Below are positions 25,879 to 37,168 of a DNA stretch of 63,222 nucleotides, one piece after another. The notes under the pieces are model-generated. The model did no database searches. It was not told the DNA's origin and worked only from the letters and a program-made list of their open reading frames with translations. The stretch lies in the NCBI RefSeq assembly GCF_001194135.2, contig NC_069009.1:1469431-1532652 (forward strand), written 5' to 3'. Numbering within the stretch: position 1 is the first letter of the stretch; each line of letters begins with the position of its first letter. Source of the DNA: Octopus bimaculoides. Its lineage: Eukaryota. The position numbers and the translations under genes are program-made.

Positions 25879-26252
25879 CATCATTTAACGTCTGCCTTCC
25901 ATGCTAGCATGGGTTGGACGATTTGACTGAGGACTGGTGAACCAGGTGGTTACACCAGGCTCCAATCTGATTTGGCAGAATTTCTACAGCTGGATGCCCT
26001 NNNNNNNNNNCACCAGGCTCCAATCTGATTTGGCAGAATTTCTACAGCTGGATGCCCTTCCTAACGCCAACCACTCCGAGAGTGTAGTGGGTGCTTTTAC
26101 GTGCCACCTGCACGAAGGCCAGTCAGGCGGTACAGGCAACACCCATGCTCAAAATGGTGTATTTTACATGCCACCTGCACAGGAGCCAGTCTAGCGGCAC
26201 TGGCAATAATCTCACTCAAATGTCTTTTCCCATGCCAGTAAGGCGACACTGG
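25879..26252 (-). mobile_element. Retroposon family D ((ATG)n tail; GTTAGGAAGGGCATCCAGC core)
   Basis: Apparent 4-bp TSD TACT; empty paralogous site AGACTACTGTACT at 20941. Confidence 0.82.
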
Positions 26253-26482
26253 TACTGTACTAATTTGTTTGTTGCATTTTTATTTATAATAAATCCAGTG
26301 AAGCTTAGGGCCCAAAATATAAAACAAATATCAAAATAATTAATAATGTCAATAAAAACCAATAAATTATCAATTTTTTTATTTATGCAAACATTTACCG
26401 GAATACAACTTTAAATTACGATTACAATACAAGGTACATTTTAAAAATTTTACACAAAAGATTTCATTAAAACTCTAAAAAG

Positions 26483-27135
26483 TCAATCTGTTCATTATCA
26501 TCAGCACTAAATAAAGCTTCATAATCATCAGAATTAATGATATCATCATAACGATTCTCTTCATCTTTGCTGTCCTAAGTCAGAGGTAGCACATTATCCA
26601 TTTCTTCATCATCCCATAGACAATCGTCTTCTGTACCATTTAATGCATTCGAAATTCTACATTTCTTGAATGATCTGGCAACAGTTTCAACTTTTATTTC
26701 CTTCCAAGAATCAACGATCCATTCTCAGATCAGAAGCAATGATACTACCTCCTTTCATGTACATTTTTTCTCCATCATGCACCCAGTTATTCCACTCCAT
26801 TCACATCACGTTCATAAATGGCTTATTGATACTTACATCTAATGGCTGCAAAACATTTATAAGTCCACCAGGAATTACAACTATATCAGTATTTTGTGAT
26901 TGGAGGCTATCAACAACATACTTCACTAGATGTACCCTAAAGTGATCCCACACAAGCAAGCTCTTTTCCTTTCATAGTCCACCAGGTGGTAAATTACAAA
27001 CTTACTTTATTCACCTTCATCCATCCATCCTTGTGTTTGTACATGGATGACATTTCCTTTTGGAAATTTCTCCTTTGGTACAATGGTTTCTCTTAAAAAC
27101 AACCATCAGTTTTAGTTTCATGTCATCAACCATAC
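26483..27135 (-). mobile_element. pogo-family transposase remnant, DDE catalytic half plus acidic tail
   Basis: DDMKLKLMVVFKR..PKEKFPK..VIHVQTQGWMDE..KSLLVWDHFRVHL...VIPGGLINVLQPLDVSINKPF..EWNNWV; tail EDDCLWDDEE..DDYEALFSADD. Confidence 0.85.
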
Positions 27136-27486
27136 ATGAAAGAACTAAAGTATCAGTTAAGAAACGTTATTGAGAGAATGATTTAGCAGAGATAACACAG
27201 TCTTTTCTTGTATATGTTTGTGTTAAGTGATTTCTACAAAAGAATGATTGATTACAGAACTCACAATGCTATGGTTTCTCTCCTGTGTGACTGCATTTGT
27301 GATCAGCCAAATCATTTTTGCCAGGAAATGACTTTTCACAAATATCACACAGACGTGACTTGTGTCAACTTAAGTTACCTGAGGGAATGGCTTACCACAA
27401 AAATCACGTGGTTTCTCTTGTATGAATGTATCTCTGTTCAGCTAACTTATTTCTTCAAGGGAATGACTTACCAAGATCTCTAAGTG

Positions 27487-28737
27487 CTATGTTTTCTCAC
27501 TTCTATGGATATATTTGTGCCTAGTAAGGGCACTTCTGTAACTAAATGACTTACCACAAATGTCACAATGAAACGGTTTCTCTCCTGTATGAATACGTTT
27601 GTGAATAGTAACACTCCTTTTTTGAGAGAATGACATACCACAGATATCACAGTGGTGTGGTTTCTCACCAGTGTGCATGAATTTATGAGTAGTAAATCCG
27701 GTTCTATAAGAGAATGATTTACCACAAACGTCACAATGATATGGTTTCTCTCCTGTGTGAATGTATATGTGATCAGCAAAATTATTTCTTCCAGAGAATG
27801 ATTTATCACAGATATCACAGTGATATCGCTTCTCTCCTGTATGAATGGATTTGTGTTGGTTTAAGGTACCTTTACGAGAGAATGATTTTCCACAGGTATC
27901 ACAGTGGTATGGCTTTTCACGAGTGTGAATGCGTCCATGTTCAACTAACATATGTTTTACATTGAAAGATTTTCCACAGATATCACAGCAATATGGCTTC
28001 TCTCCTGTATGAATACGTATGTGGATAGTTAATCTACTTCCTAAAGAGAATGATTTACCACAGATATCGCAGCAATGTGGCTTCTCTCCTGTATGAATAC
28101 TTTTGTGAGAAGTAACATTACATTTTTGAGAGAAAGACTTACCACAGACATCGCAGTAATATCGTTTCTCTCCTGTGTGACTGTATTTGTGAGAAGTAAG
28201 AGAATTTTTTTGAGAGAACGACTTACCACAGATATCACACTGATATGGTTTTTCTCCAGTATGAATGCGTCTGTGATCAGCTAAATTCTTTCTTAGAGAG
28301 AATGATTTATTACAGATATCACAGGTATATGGTTTCTCTCCTGTATGAATGTATTTGTGCGTAGTAAGGCCACTCTTTTGAGAGAATGATTTGCCACAGA
28401 CGTCACAATTATATGGTTTCAGTCCTGTGTGAATGTTTTTGTGTTTATTGAAGCTGCTTGTGTAAGAGAATGATTTACCACAAATATCGCACTTATATGG
28501 TCTCTCACCTGTATGAATGTATTTGTGAGTATCAAGTGTACCTTTTTCAGAGAATGATTTACCACAAATATCACAGTGATGTGGCTTTTCACCTGTATGA
28601 ATACGTTTGTGAACGTTGAGATTTCCCTGACTAGACAACGACTTTTTACAAATATCACAATGGTATAATGGTTTTTCTCTTTCTTTTGCCATCTCTTCAG
28701 AAAATAAGTCATCCTTTACATTTTTCACATAACTCAT
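27487..28737 (-). CDS. C2H2 zinc-finger gene F, 14 fingers
   Basis: ATG at 28737; colinear with D and E; ends HRSEKT* (TAG at the same position as in E). Confidence 0.95.
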   Translation of the reverse strand: MSYVKNVKDDLFSEEMAKEREKPLYHCDICKKSLSSQGNLNVHKRIHTGEKPHHCDICGKSFSEKGTLDTHKYIHTGERPYKCDICGKSFSYTSSFNKHKNIHTGLKPYNCDVCGKSFSQKSGLTTHKYIHTGEKPYTCDICNKSFSLRKNLADHRRIHTGEKPYQCDICGKSFSQKNSLTSHKYSHTGEKRYYCDVCGKSFSQKCNVTSHKSIHTGEKPHCCDICGKSFSLGSRLTIHIRIHTGEKPYCCDICGKSFNVKHMLVEHGRIHTREKPYHCDTCGKSFSRKGTLNQHKSIHTGEKRYHCDICDKSFSGRNNFADHIYIHTGEKPYHCDVCGKSFSYRTGFTTHKFMHTGEKPHHCDICGMSFSQKRSVTIHKRIHTGEKPFHCDICGKSFSYRSALTRHKYIHRSEKT

Positions 28738-29095
28738 TGTTCTATATTTCTTATACAACCACAAATGATATACTTCTTGTTTACGTTTTTTTAATATATT
28801 TCTATAATGTTTCAAATACTTCTACTGCTATATTTCCAGCAAAGTCTGATCTTTGCAGATTTTTCCAAGTCCAAACAGAATATGAAATGCTTTTATAAAT
28901 ATATACCAGGCAATGCGGAAGAGAAAATGGTGCTATTAAATCAGAAAATATTTCACAGCTATTTACCATAGATATATTCTATAAGCAGGCTTGTGTCTAT
29001 TATTTATAACATCTTCCATTAGTCTTCAAAAGATGATCAATATTCATGAATGTATCTGCAGGAAAAACTTGTTTATGCCACAGATGTCTGATATT

Positions 29096-30184
29096 CTGAA
29101 ACGATAGAGAAACAATAAAAGATATGGAAAATACTTAAAAAACAGAGATTTAGCAATAGAAATATTACTTCATTGACATTATGATAAACTGTACATATAA
29201 ACTTTTACCAGAGAAATTATTCTTTACGATATATTTTGCTATTAAAGTTATATTATACAACTTTGTGTTGTGTCTACTTATACACAGACATCGATTCCTC
29301 CACCTTCAGATATTATGTAACATGTCGAACTACGGAATATCGGTCAATAACGAACGTTGTAATATCTTAGCAAACATGACAAGTCACCGTTGTTTAGTCC
29401 CAGGTCATGTCTGACTGAGCGGACCTATTAACGAAATTATGTTCTATTCACGACAGTTAGACTTTTGCAACAGATCAATTTAGTCACCAACTGCCTACGC
29501 CCGTTCCTCCCCCTTTTTTATAACGTATATCTTTTCAGGAAACATCGTCATACGTTTGAAGGTGTGGATCACAAATATGTCTATGAAATTTCATTTGTTC
29601 CTTCTTTCTTTCCTGTAGATGTGTCACTTGGTGATCGTGTCTACCAAAAATTGTATCTTGTTTTACCATAGCTGTATCACTGGCCACGTTTCAGTCGGAT
29701 GTTGCGTTGTATGATATTTGGCATAACCATTAATGAGGATCGTTCCGGTTGAATAAACAACTAACAGAGATATGTAGCAAGTGACACCTCTATGATAAAA
29801 CAATAGACGGCTTTTGGTGGACACAATTACCAAGTGGAATATCTTCTGTAATGACAGAAATTAAAAATCTAGTACCTTTTCATCGCCTTGTCAAGTAAAA
29901 TCTAAATTTTCTTGGCATAATCAATGAACTTTACTGGAGAAAAGAATTACTGAACTTTATTTATGAATGCTGTTTGCAATAAGTTCATGGTAAAAGGATA
30001 GTCTTATAATCAGACTCTATAACAAATGCATTAGTAGAAAAAAAATTAATTAGAAAAATAGATGAAACAAAGAACATAATTGCAAAAATATAATTAATAT
30101 TCGTCTCAGCCTAGCAACATTTAAAACTTACACTTTGGTCTGGAGTTTCGAAAGACTAAAAATGAAATAGCTATTATAACTTAC
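29096..30184 (-). other. Predicted 5' UTR intron of ZNF F
   Basis: CAG|GTAAGT donor; homologous acceptor. Confidence 0.7.
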
Positions 30185-30642
30185 CTGTAATGATTAAATG
30201 AATAGGTGTTTAATGACAAGGATTTTTAATTCTTCAAAGAAGCGCTCTAACGGTAAATTTAATTCGAAGACATTGCGAAAAACCGACACAGAAAAATTAA
30301 CGAAACGAACTTTCATTCGGAATGTTTTGTACCTCGTTTTGTCGATTGCTAAAACTAAGGCGGCAATTTTTTTTTTATTTCTAATTGCTATAATTACTTT
30401 TTGAAAATGCGAATTGTAAGAAACGTATCCGAATAATGGACAAAAGAAACAAAACTCCACTGCTTATTTTCATGTCTAGCGCTAATTTTACAGTAGTCTT
30501 TTACCGAAACCAACAGAGCTTATCAGACAGTCGAGGAGGGTACAAGCACAAGGACACGTATGTGTGTCTGTGTGCGCTTCGTTCATCAGTGTTCAAAAAC
30601 CGTCGTTGTACATACATTTTCTTATGGGGTATATTTGACGCT

Positions 30643-30977
30643 GTGGAGGCGCAATGGCCCAGTGGTTAGGGCAGCGGACTCGCGGTTTCGATTCCCAGAA
30701 CGGGCGTTGTGAGTGTTTATTGAGCGAAAACACCTAAAGCTTCATGAGTCTCCGGCAGGGGGTGATGGCGAACCCTGCTGTACTCTTTCACCACAACTTT
30801 CTCTCACTCTTACTTCCTGTTTCTGTTGGGTCAGCCTTGTGACACTCTGTGTCACGCTGAATCTCCCTGAGAACTACGTTAAGGGTACACGTGTCTGTGG
30901 ATTGCTCAGCCACTTGCATGTTAATTTCCCGAGCAGGCTGTTTCGTTGATCGGATCGACGGAGTGCCAACAACAACA
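30643..30977 (+). mobile_element. SINE family A upstream of ZNF F
   Basis: 12-bp TSD ATATTTGACGCT; single-copy empty site at 24780-24791. Confidence 0.92.
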
Positions 30978-31214
30978 ATATTTGACGCTATTTTACACCA
31001 AGACTTCTAGTGTCTGCTTTCATTCATCTACTGTCTTCTCATGTTCTCTGCATTGAGGGCTTGTGTCTCATTACCATGTAACATTGCTGTTTCTACACTT
31101 AGATAGATAGATAGATAGAGAATGAGACAGACAGACAGAGACTTTTAGCTTCAAATAATAGTTCTCTGAACTTTCTTCATCTTATTCTTATTCTCGAAAC
31201 TACACTTTCTTGAT

Positions 31215-31480
31215 ACGAATTAGGTCTCCTTGAAAACAGAAACTATCTACCACCTCCAGAGCATTTGTAGAAATCTCTTTATCGTGTGTTCTTAGTTGTC
31301 GTTGTCCAAGAGCATCTTCCACATTCAAACACTACTCTCTTAACCTTCCTGTAATTCCACTACATTTGTGCATCCATAGTTTACGCTGGCCACACCTCAT
31401 GGTGTTCCTACCTATAACTCTCCTGCATATCAAAGGATGTCACTTACCTGGATTTACAAAAGTCCAGTTATTCCACTTCA
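31215..31480 (-). mobile_element. RTE-like LINE ORF remnant
   Basis: Degenerate GRNTMRCGQRKLWMHKCSGITGRLR...LEVVDSFCFQGDLI, resembling the post-RT region of RTE-type LINEs. Confidence 0.5.
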
Positions 31481-31811
31481 TGAAAATACCAATGCCTTCT
31501 TTGAAAAAATGTGCTATGTTGTTCGTTCTAGATATCATAAATAATAGAGTCTCACACATGTAGGTTTTTATACGAGAATAAGCTTCACGTTTTTAACATC
31601 CTATCAGTGACTGGGAAATATATTTTCCTTACACTCCCTTTCACTCGGCGACCATCTACCAACTGGCTCCATCACTAGATACCACTATCATTATCATTTA
31701 AAGAACAAACTTATCCATTTGTTTATCTCGCATTTACAGCATCTTAACATCTAAACTGAGTATTTTGTATATCAAATAATATCAATAGATTATATAGCTT
31801 CAAAAGAAATA

Positions 31812-31817
31812 TTTATT
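31812..31817 (-). terminator. Candidate poly(A) signal of ZNF G
   Basis: AATAAA homologous to 1200 and 15174. Confidence 0.45.
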
Positions 31818-32650
31818 ATAATAAAAGAGTAAAATAACTTTTATTTTTGTTTCAACTTGTTAAATTTACTCACAAAAATCGATGAGATCAGATTTCAGAA
31901 ATTTAGAAAAAAATAAGCATGCTGTATTGTTTTTACACGAGGTACATGTTTGGTAAAGTAGGGTAGGGTAGGGGTAAGGCTTGTGTAAAGTATATTGCAG
32001 TCTCCACCAAACACAATGACAAACAGCAATAAACCACCAGCTTGGACTGGGAGATGTAGTGCAGTACCACAAAGTCTGCAGACCCTAGCACCCCTGATTG
32101 TGTCCAGCAGGGAACAACTGATCATGCTTCGGAACTGGAATGTCATAGTGTTAAAACAATATATCCACAAGAAAACAGAGCAAATTAATGTAATTAAAAG
32201 TGTTTGAATGAAAAACACACATCATAATTAGTGAGTTGATGCAAATGAGGAAAATGTAAAAAATTAATTTGTTCCATAAAAAAACAATACAATTGCTGTA
32301 CTTTATTCACCAGGACATCTATTTTATCACTGGTATTGTTATTGATCAATATGAATAAATATAGGTTTAGTTAATCCTTTAGTATTCAGATTATCCTACC
32401 AAATGTGATGCTTATCTATTCACATTGTATTGAATTAATCGTGCATTCTCTCATAGCTGTGAGATTTCTGTGATGTGACTCTTTACATTGGGAATGATAT
32501 TGTAGGGTAGGTGTAAGAGGCTGGATCTGACTGGTTTTGAACATAAAAGAGGTAAAATATTTAGGCTGGATATGGCCGGTTCGAATGCTAAAGGGTTAAG
32601 GAACATTATTGAGAGAATGATTTACCACAGATTACACAGTCATATGAAAC

Positions 32651-34088
32651 TTATCCTCTATGAATATTTTTGTGTTTATTTAAGTCACTTCCCTGACAGA
32701 ATGATTTACCACAGATATCACACTGATATGGTTTCTCTCCCGTATGAATGTATTTGTGTCTTTTCAAATTACCTATCTGAGAGAATGATCTACCACAGAT
32801 ATCACAGCAATGTGGCTTCTCTCCTGTGTGAGTGCGTCTGTGTTCAGCTAACACATACCTTCCAGAGAATGACTGACCACAGATATCACACGGAAATGGT
32901 TTCCCTCCCGTATGAATGTATTCATGAGAAATAAGGGAGCTTTTGAAAGAGAACGATTTACCACAGACCTCACAGTGGTATGGTTTCTCTCCTGTATGAC
33001 TGTTTTTGTGTTCAGCTAACGTATTGCTTCCAGGGAATGATTTTCCACATATATCACAGCAATGTCGCATATGTGGCTTCTCTCCAGTATGAATAAATCG
33101 GTGAAGAGTTAAACTTCTTCTTACAGAGAATGATTTACCACAGACATCACAGCTATGTGGCTTCTCTCCTGTATGAATACGTTTGTGAATGGTTAAACTA
33201 CTTCCTACAGAGAATGATTTACCACAGACATCACAGCCATGTGGCTTCTCTCCTGTGTGAATACGTTTGTGAGCAATTAAACTACTTTTGTTAGAGAATG
33301 ATTTGCCACAGATATCACAGCAATGTGGCTTCTCCCCAGTATGAACCAGCTTGTGAATAAGTTTGTGAGAAGATTGTGTGAATGCTTTGCCACAAATGTC
33401 ACAATGATATCGTTTCTCTCCTGTATGAATACGTTTGTGAGAAGTAAGGGTACTCTTCTGAGCGAATGATTTATCACAGATATCACAGTGATATCTTTTC
33501 TCTCCAGTGTGAGTGGATTTATGAGAAGTAAGATTACCTCTTTGAGTGAAAGATCTATCACAGATATCACACTGATATCGTTTCTCTCCTGTATGAATAA
33601 GTTTGTGAGAAGTAAGATTACTTCTGAAAGAAAAAGTTTTGCCACAGATATCACAGTGATATCGTTTCTCTCCTGTGTGAGTATAGTTGTGAGTGGTAAG
33701 GGTACTCTGTTGAGAGAATGATTTTCCACAGATATCACAGTGATATCGCTTCTCTCCAGTGTGAATGTATTTATGAGAAGCAAGATTACCTCTTTGAGAG
33801 AAAGATCTGCTGCAGATATCACACTGATATCGTTTCTCTCCAGTGTGAACGTATTTATGAGAAGTAAGATTACTACTTTGAGAGAAAGATCTGCTACAGA
33901 TATCACACTGATATCGTTTCTCTCCTGTATGACTGTGTTTGTGATAAATAAGGCTACTCTTGCGAGGGAATGACTTACCACAGATATCACACTGATATGG
34001 CCTCTCTCCTCTACAAATATGTTTAATGAAATTCTTCTGAGTAGAGAAAGACTTTTTGCAGATATCACAATCATGTGATGTTTTGCTT
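32651..34088 (-). CDS. C2H2 zinc-finger gene G, ~16 fingers plus a truncated first finger; start codon lies in gap 34089-34304
   Basis: Open frame [10 protein letters not shown]...HKNIHRG*; near-identical start to H, whose leader is [21 protein letters not shown]. Confidence 0.9.
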
Positions 34089-34538
34089 NNNNNNNNNNNN
34101 NNNNNNNNNNNNNNNNNNNNNNNNNNNNNNNNNNNNNNNNNNNNNNNNNNNNNNNNNNNNNNNNNNNNNNNNNNNNNNNNNNNNNNNNNNNNNNNNNNNN
34201 NNNNNNNNNNNNNNNNNNNNNNNNNNNNNNNNNNNNNNNNNNNNNNNNNNNNNNNNNNNNNNNNNNNNNNNNNNNNNNNNNNNNNNNNNNNNNNNNNNNN
34301 NNNNTTTTTCAAAGTTCAAGCTGAATGTAAAGTACTTTTGTAAATATTCCAGTAAATGCAGAAAACAAAATGCTTCTATGAATTTAGAAGAAATATTTCA
34401 CAGTTATACACCATAGATATGTCATACAAACAGGATTACAATTATTATTTATATCATCTTCCTCTTGTCTTCAAAACATAATCAATATTAACGATGTATC
34501 TGCAGTAAAGATTCGTGTATGCCCCAGCGGCAGAGATT

Positions 34539-35917
34539 CTGAAACGATACAGAAAATACTTAAAAAGTAGATATTCAACAATTGGAAATATTACTACATT
34601 TTCATAAATCATAAACTGTTGATATCAACTTTTACTTCAATAATTGGTCTTTGCTATTTATTTTGTTATTGATCACTGTTGTTTCGTTCCAGGTCATCCC
34701 TGTCTGAGTAGATTTATTATCAAAAGTAGATTGTATTCAAGAGTGTTATAACTTTTATAATACATCAAATATAACCTTAACTCCAATTTACTATTCACCC
34801 ACCATGACTTTCCCCACTTAACCTTACCTCTCCATTGCCTGTGGTAACCCAACGAGTGTCCTAACTCGCTTCAGTATGCTCTGTTGAACCTAGAGGTGTG
34901 TAACCAATTGAAATACATGATGTTATCGTCATCATCGTTTAACGTTCGCCTTCCATGCTAGCATGGGTTGGAAGATTTGACTGAGGACTGGTGAAACCAG
35001 ATGGCTACACCAGGCTCCAATCTGATTTGGCAGAGTTTCTACAGCTGGATGCCCTTCCTAACGCCAACCACTCTCTGAGAGTGTAGTGGGTGCTTTTACG
35101 TGCCACCGGCATGAAGGCCAGTCAGGCGGTACTGGCAACAGCCACGCTCAAAATGGTGTATTTTACGTGCCACCTGCACAGGAGCCAGTCCAGGGGCACT
35201 GGCAACAATCTCGCTCAAATGTCTTACACGTGCCACCGTCACAAGTGCCAGGAAGGCGACGCTGGGCACAAGTGCCATCATGATTACGCTTTCGCTTGCC
35301 GAGTTTCATGTCCAATGAAGGAGACGACGTTGGCACGGGTGCCAGTCGTCGAATTTAGTTCGATATTTTTCTTTATTCATTTTTATCATTTTTTCACTGA
35401 TGTTTGTGTTTTATTTGGTGTGCCGTTTCAATTTCTATATATCTAATTCTATTAAATGTTGGTTGAAATTATTCTTAATAATGTTTATCTTTTCAGGAAA
35501 TGTTGCAGTCACGTTTTGAAGTTATGCATGACAAAAGGTTAAATGGGAGACGAAATGATGGTAATAATAAACACATTGTGTTTATTATGGTAGTTTGACC
35601 GTCGAGTCCCTCATAGCGTGAGGAATTCTTGTATAGTAATGCCCTTATATAAATAAATATTACAGTAGATATTCCATTTTCTATACTGTGTCGATTCAAA
35701 GCGGTCTATTGTTTTATCATTTGCTACTGATCCATATTTGCTGTTTATTCTGTCCAAATAATCACTTTTAGCTCCTCAGAATAAACATCATAAAACGAAA
35801 ATAGCTGACTGAGGCTTAACGCGAGTAACTAAAAAAAAAAAATGAAATGTTAATGTTTCCCCATTAGCCAGGCTCACCCGACTTTTACTAAGAAATAAAG
35901 TATGTATTATATCTTAC
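34539..35917 (-). other. Predicted 5' UTR intron of ZNF G
   Basis: CAG|GTAAGA donor in the homologous block; homologous acceptor. Confidence 0.6.
34930..35350 (-). mobile_element. Retroposon family D in the ZNF G intron
   Basis: Family similarity, internal GCCAC(C)TGCAC repeats. Confidence 0.8.
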
Positions 35918-37168
35918 CTGCTGTGGTGTATTAATCAGTGTTTCACGTGGAACAATACCTTTTTATTACACAAAGGAGGGATCTAACGAAGAATCAATGA
36001 AACTGACAAATGATCCCAAAGTTGTGTACATCATGCCGTTATATATTTGTCAGATACGATGATCTTTCAAAAGCAAGTTTACGATTTTTAGCTGTAATCA
36101 TTCAAGAATGGACCCTGCAGGATCTGAATGCTAGAATATTGTTAAGTATTGAACCACGAAGAGTACAGGAACAGAACAATGGAAACGCAAAATTTTCCTG
36201 CTGAACGGAAATTTTAACTTCCAGCAGCAAGGTGCCCCCTCCTCGCATATCACGCCTTATACCTTTGTTTATTTTTTGGAATTCTCAGAATATTTTTTGT
36301 GAAATTTTTTTTTCTACACAAGGGAAATTATACAGCTATGATAATTTTTGTTATAATTTTCGAAATTAAAAAAGAAAAAAAAATTTAATTGTTTTGTAAC
36401 TTTTTTCTGTACGTATGTGTGCATTCATGTATTTTTGTGCATGTATGTGTATGCAGCGAGGGTTCGTGTTTACCTGCTTTATTTGCATATGCAAATTCCG
36501 TAAATTCTCCCTCCCCCCCCAAAAAAACCGACTTCGACGTCGAAAAAGCCATATTATTAGTGATAATATTTCATACAATCACGTACAAAATGACGAACGA
36601 ATTTGACAGGTTTGATAAGACAGGTGAGTGATTGCCAAATCACAATTTAAAATACGGATAATCCTATGTTTTGTTTTAAATCTCAGCAATAAATATGTTT
36701 TGGGAGAGAAAGATATTGAAAAACGTCGATACGTCAGAGTGACAACGAACAAACGAGAACGGTATAAGGTGATCGCCAGATGTGCTAAAAATAACAGCTA
36801 GATACCTCTTAAATCACAATTTTTTTTTTCTTTCTTTTTAGCTTTTTGTATAGTAGCATCTTCCGAGTGTAGAACACAAATTCACGAAGCTTTTCTGAAA
36901 ATTCCAAAAAAGTTATGAGGGGGGGGGGTCATATGCGGTATGTAAAATTGATCGAATGAAAAACACATCATAATTAGTGAATTGATGCAAATGAGGAAAA
37001 TGTAAAAAATTAATTTATTCCATAAAAAGTAATACAATTGCTGTACTTTATTCACCAGGACATCTATTTTATCACTGGTATTGTTATTGATCAATATGAA
37101 TAAATATAGGTTTACTTAAGGAACATTATTGAGAGAATGATTTAGCACAGATTACAGTCATATGAAAC

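Noticed and set aside
16738-27500. A-to-I recoding of the terminal UAG codons (CCA UAG CAC to Trp) to read through into further fingers in D, E and F
   Set aside because: Downstream frames are closed or shifted: E reads HFT*, F reads HLEILVSHSLEEIS*, D reads HCDVFDKSVANS*. Read-through would not add a finger.
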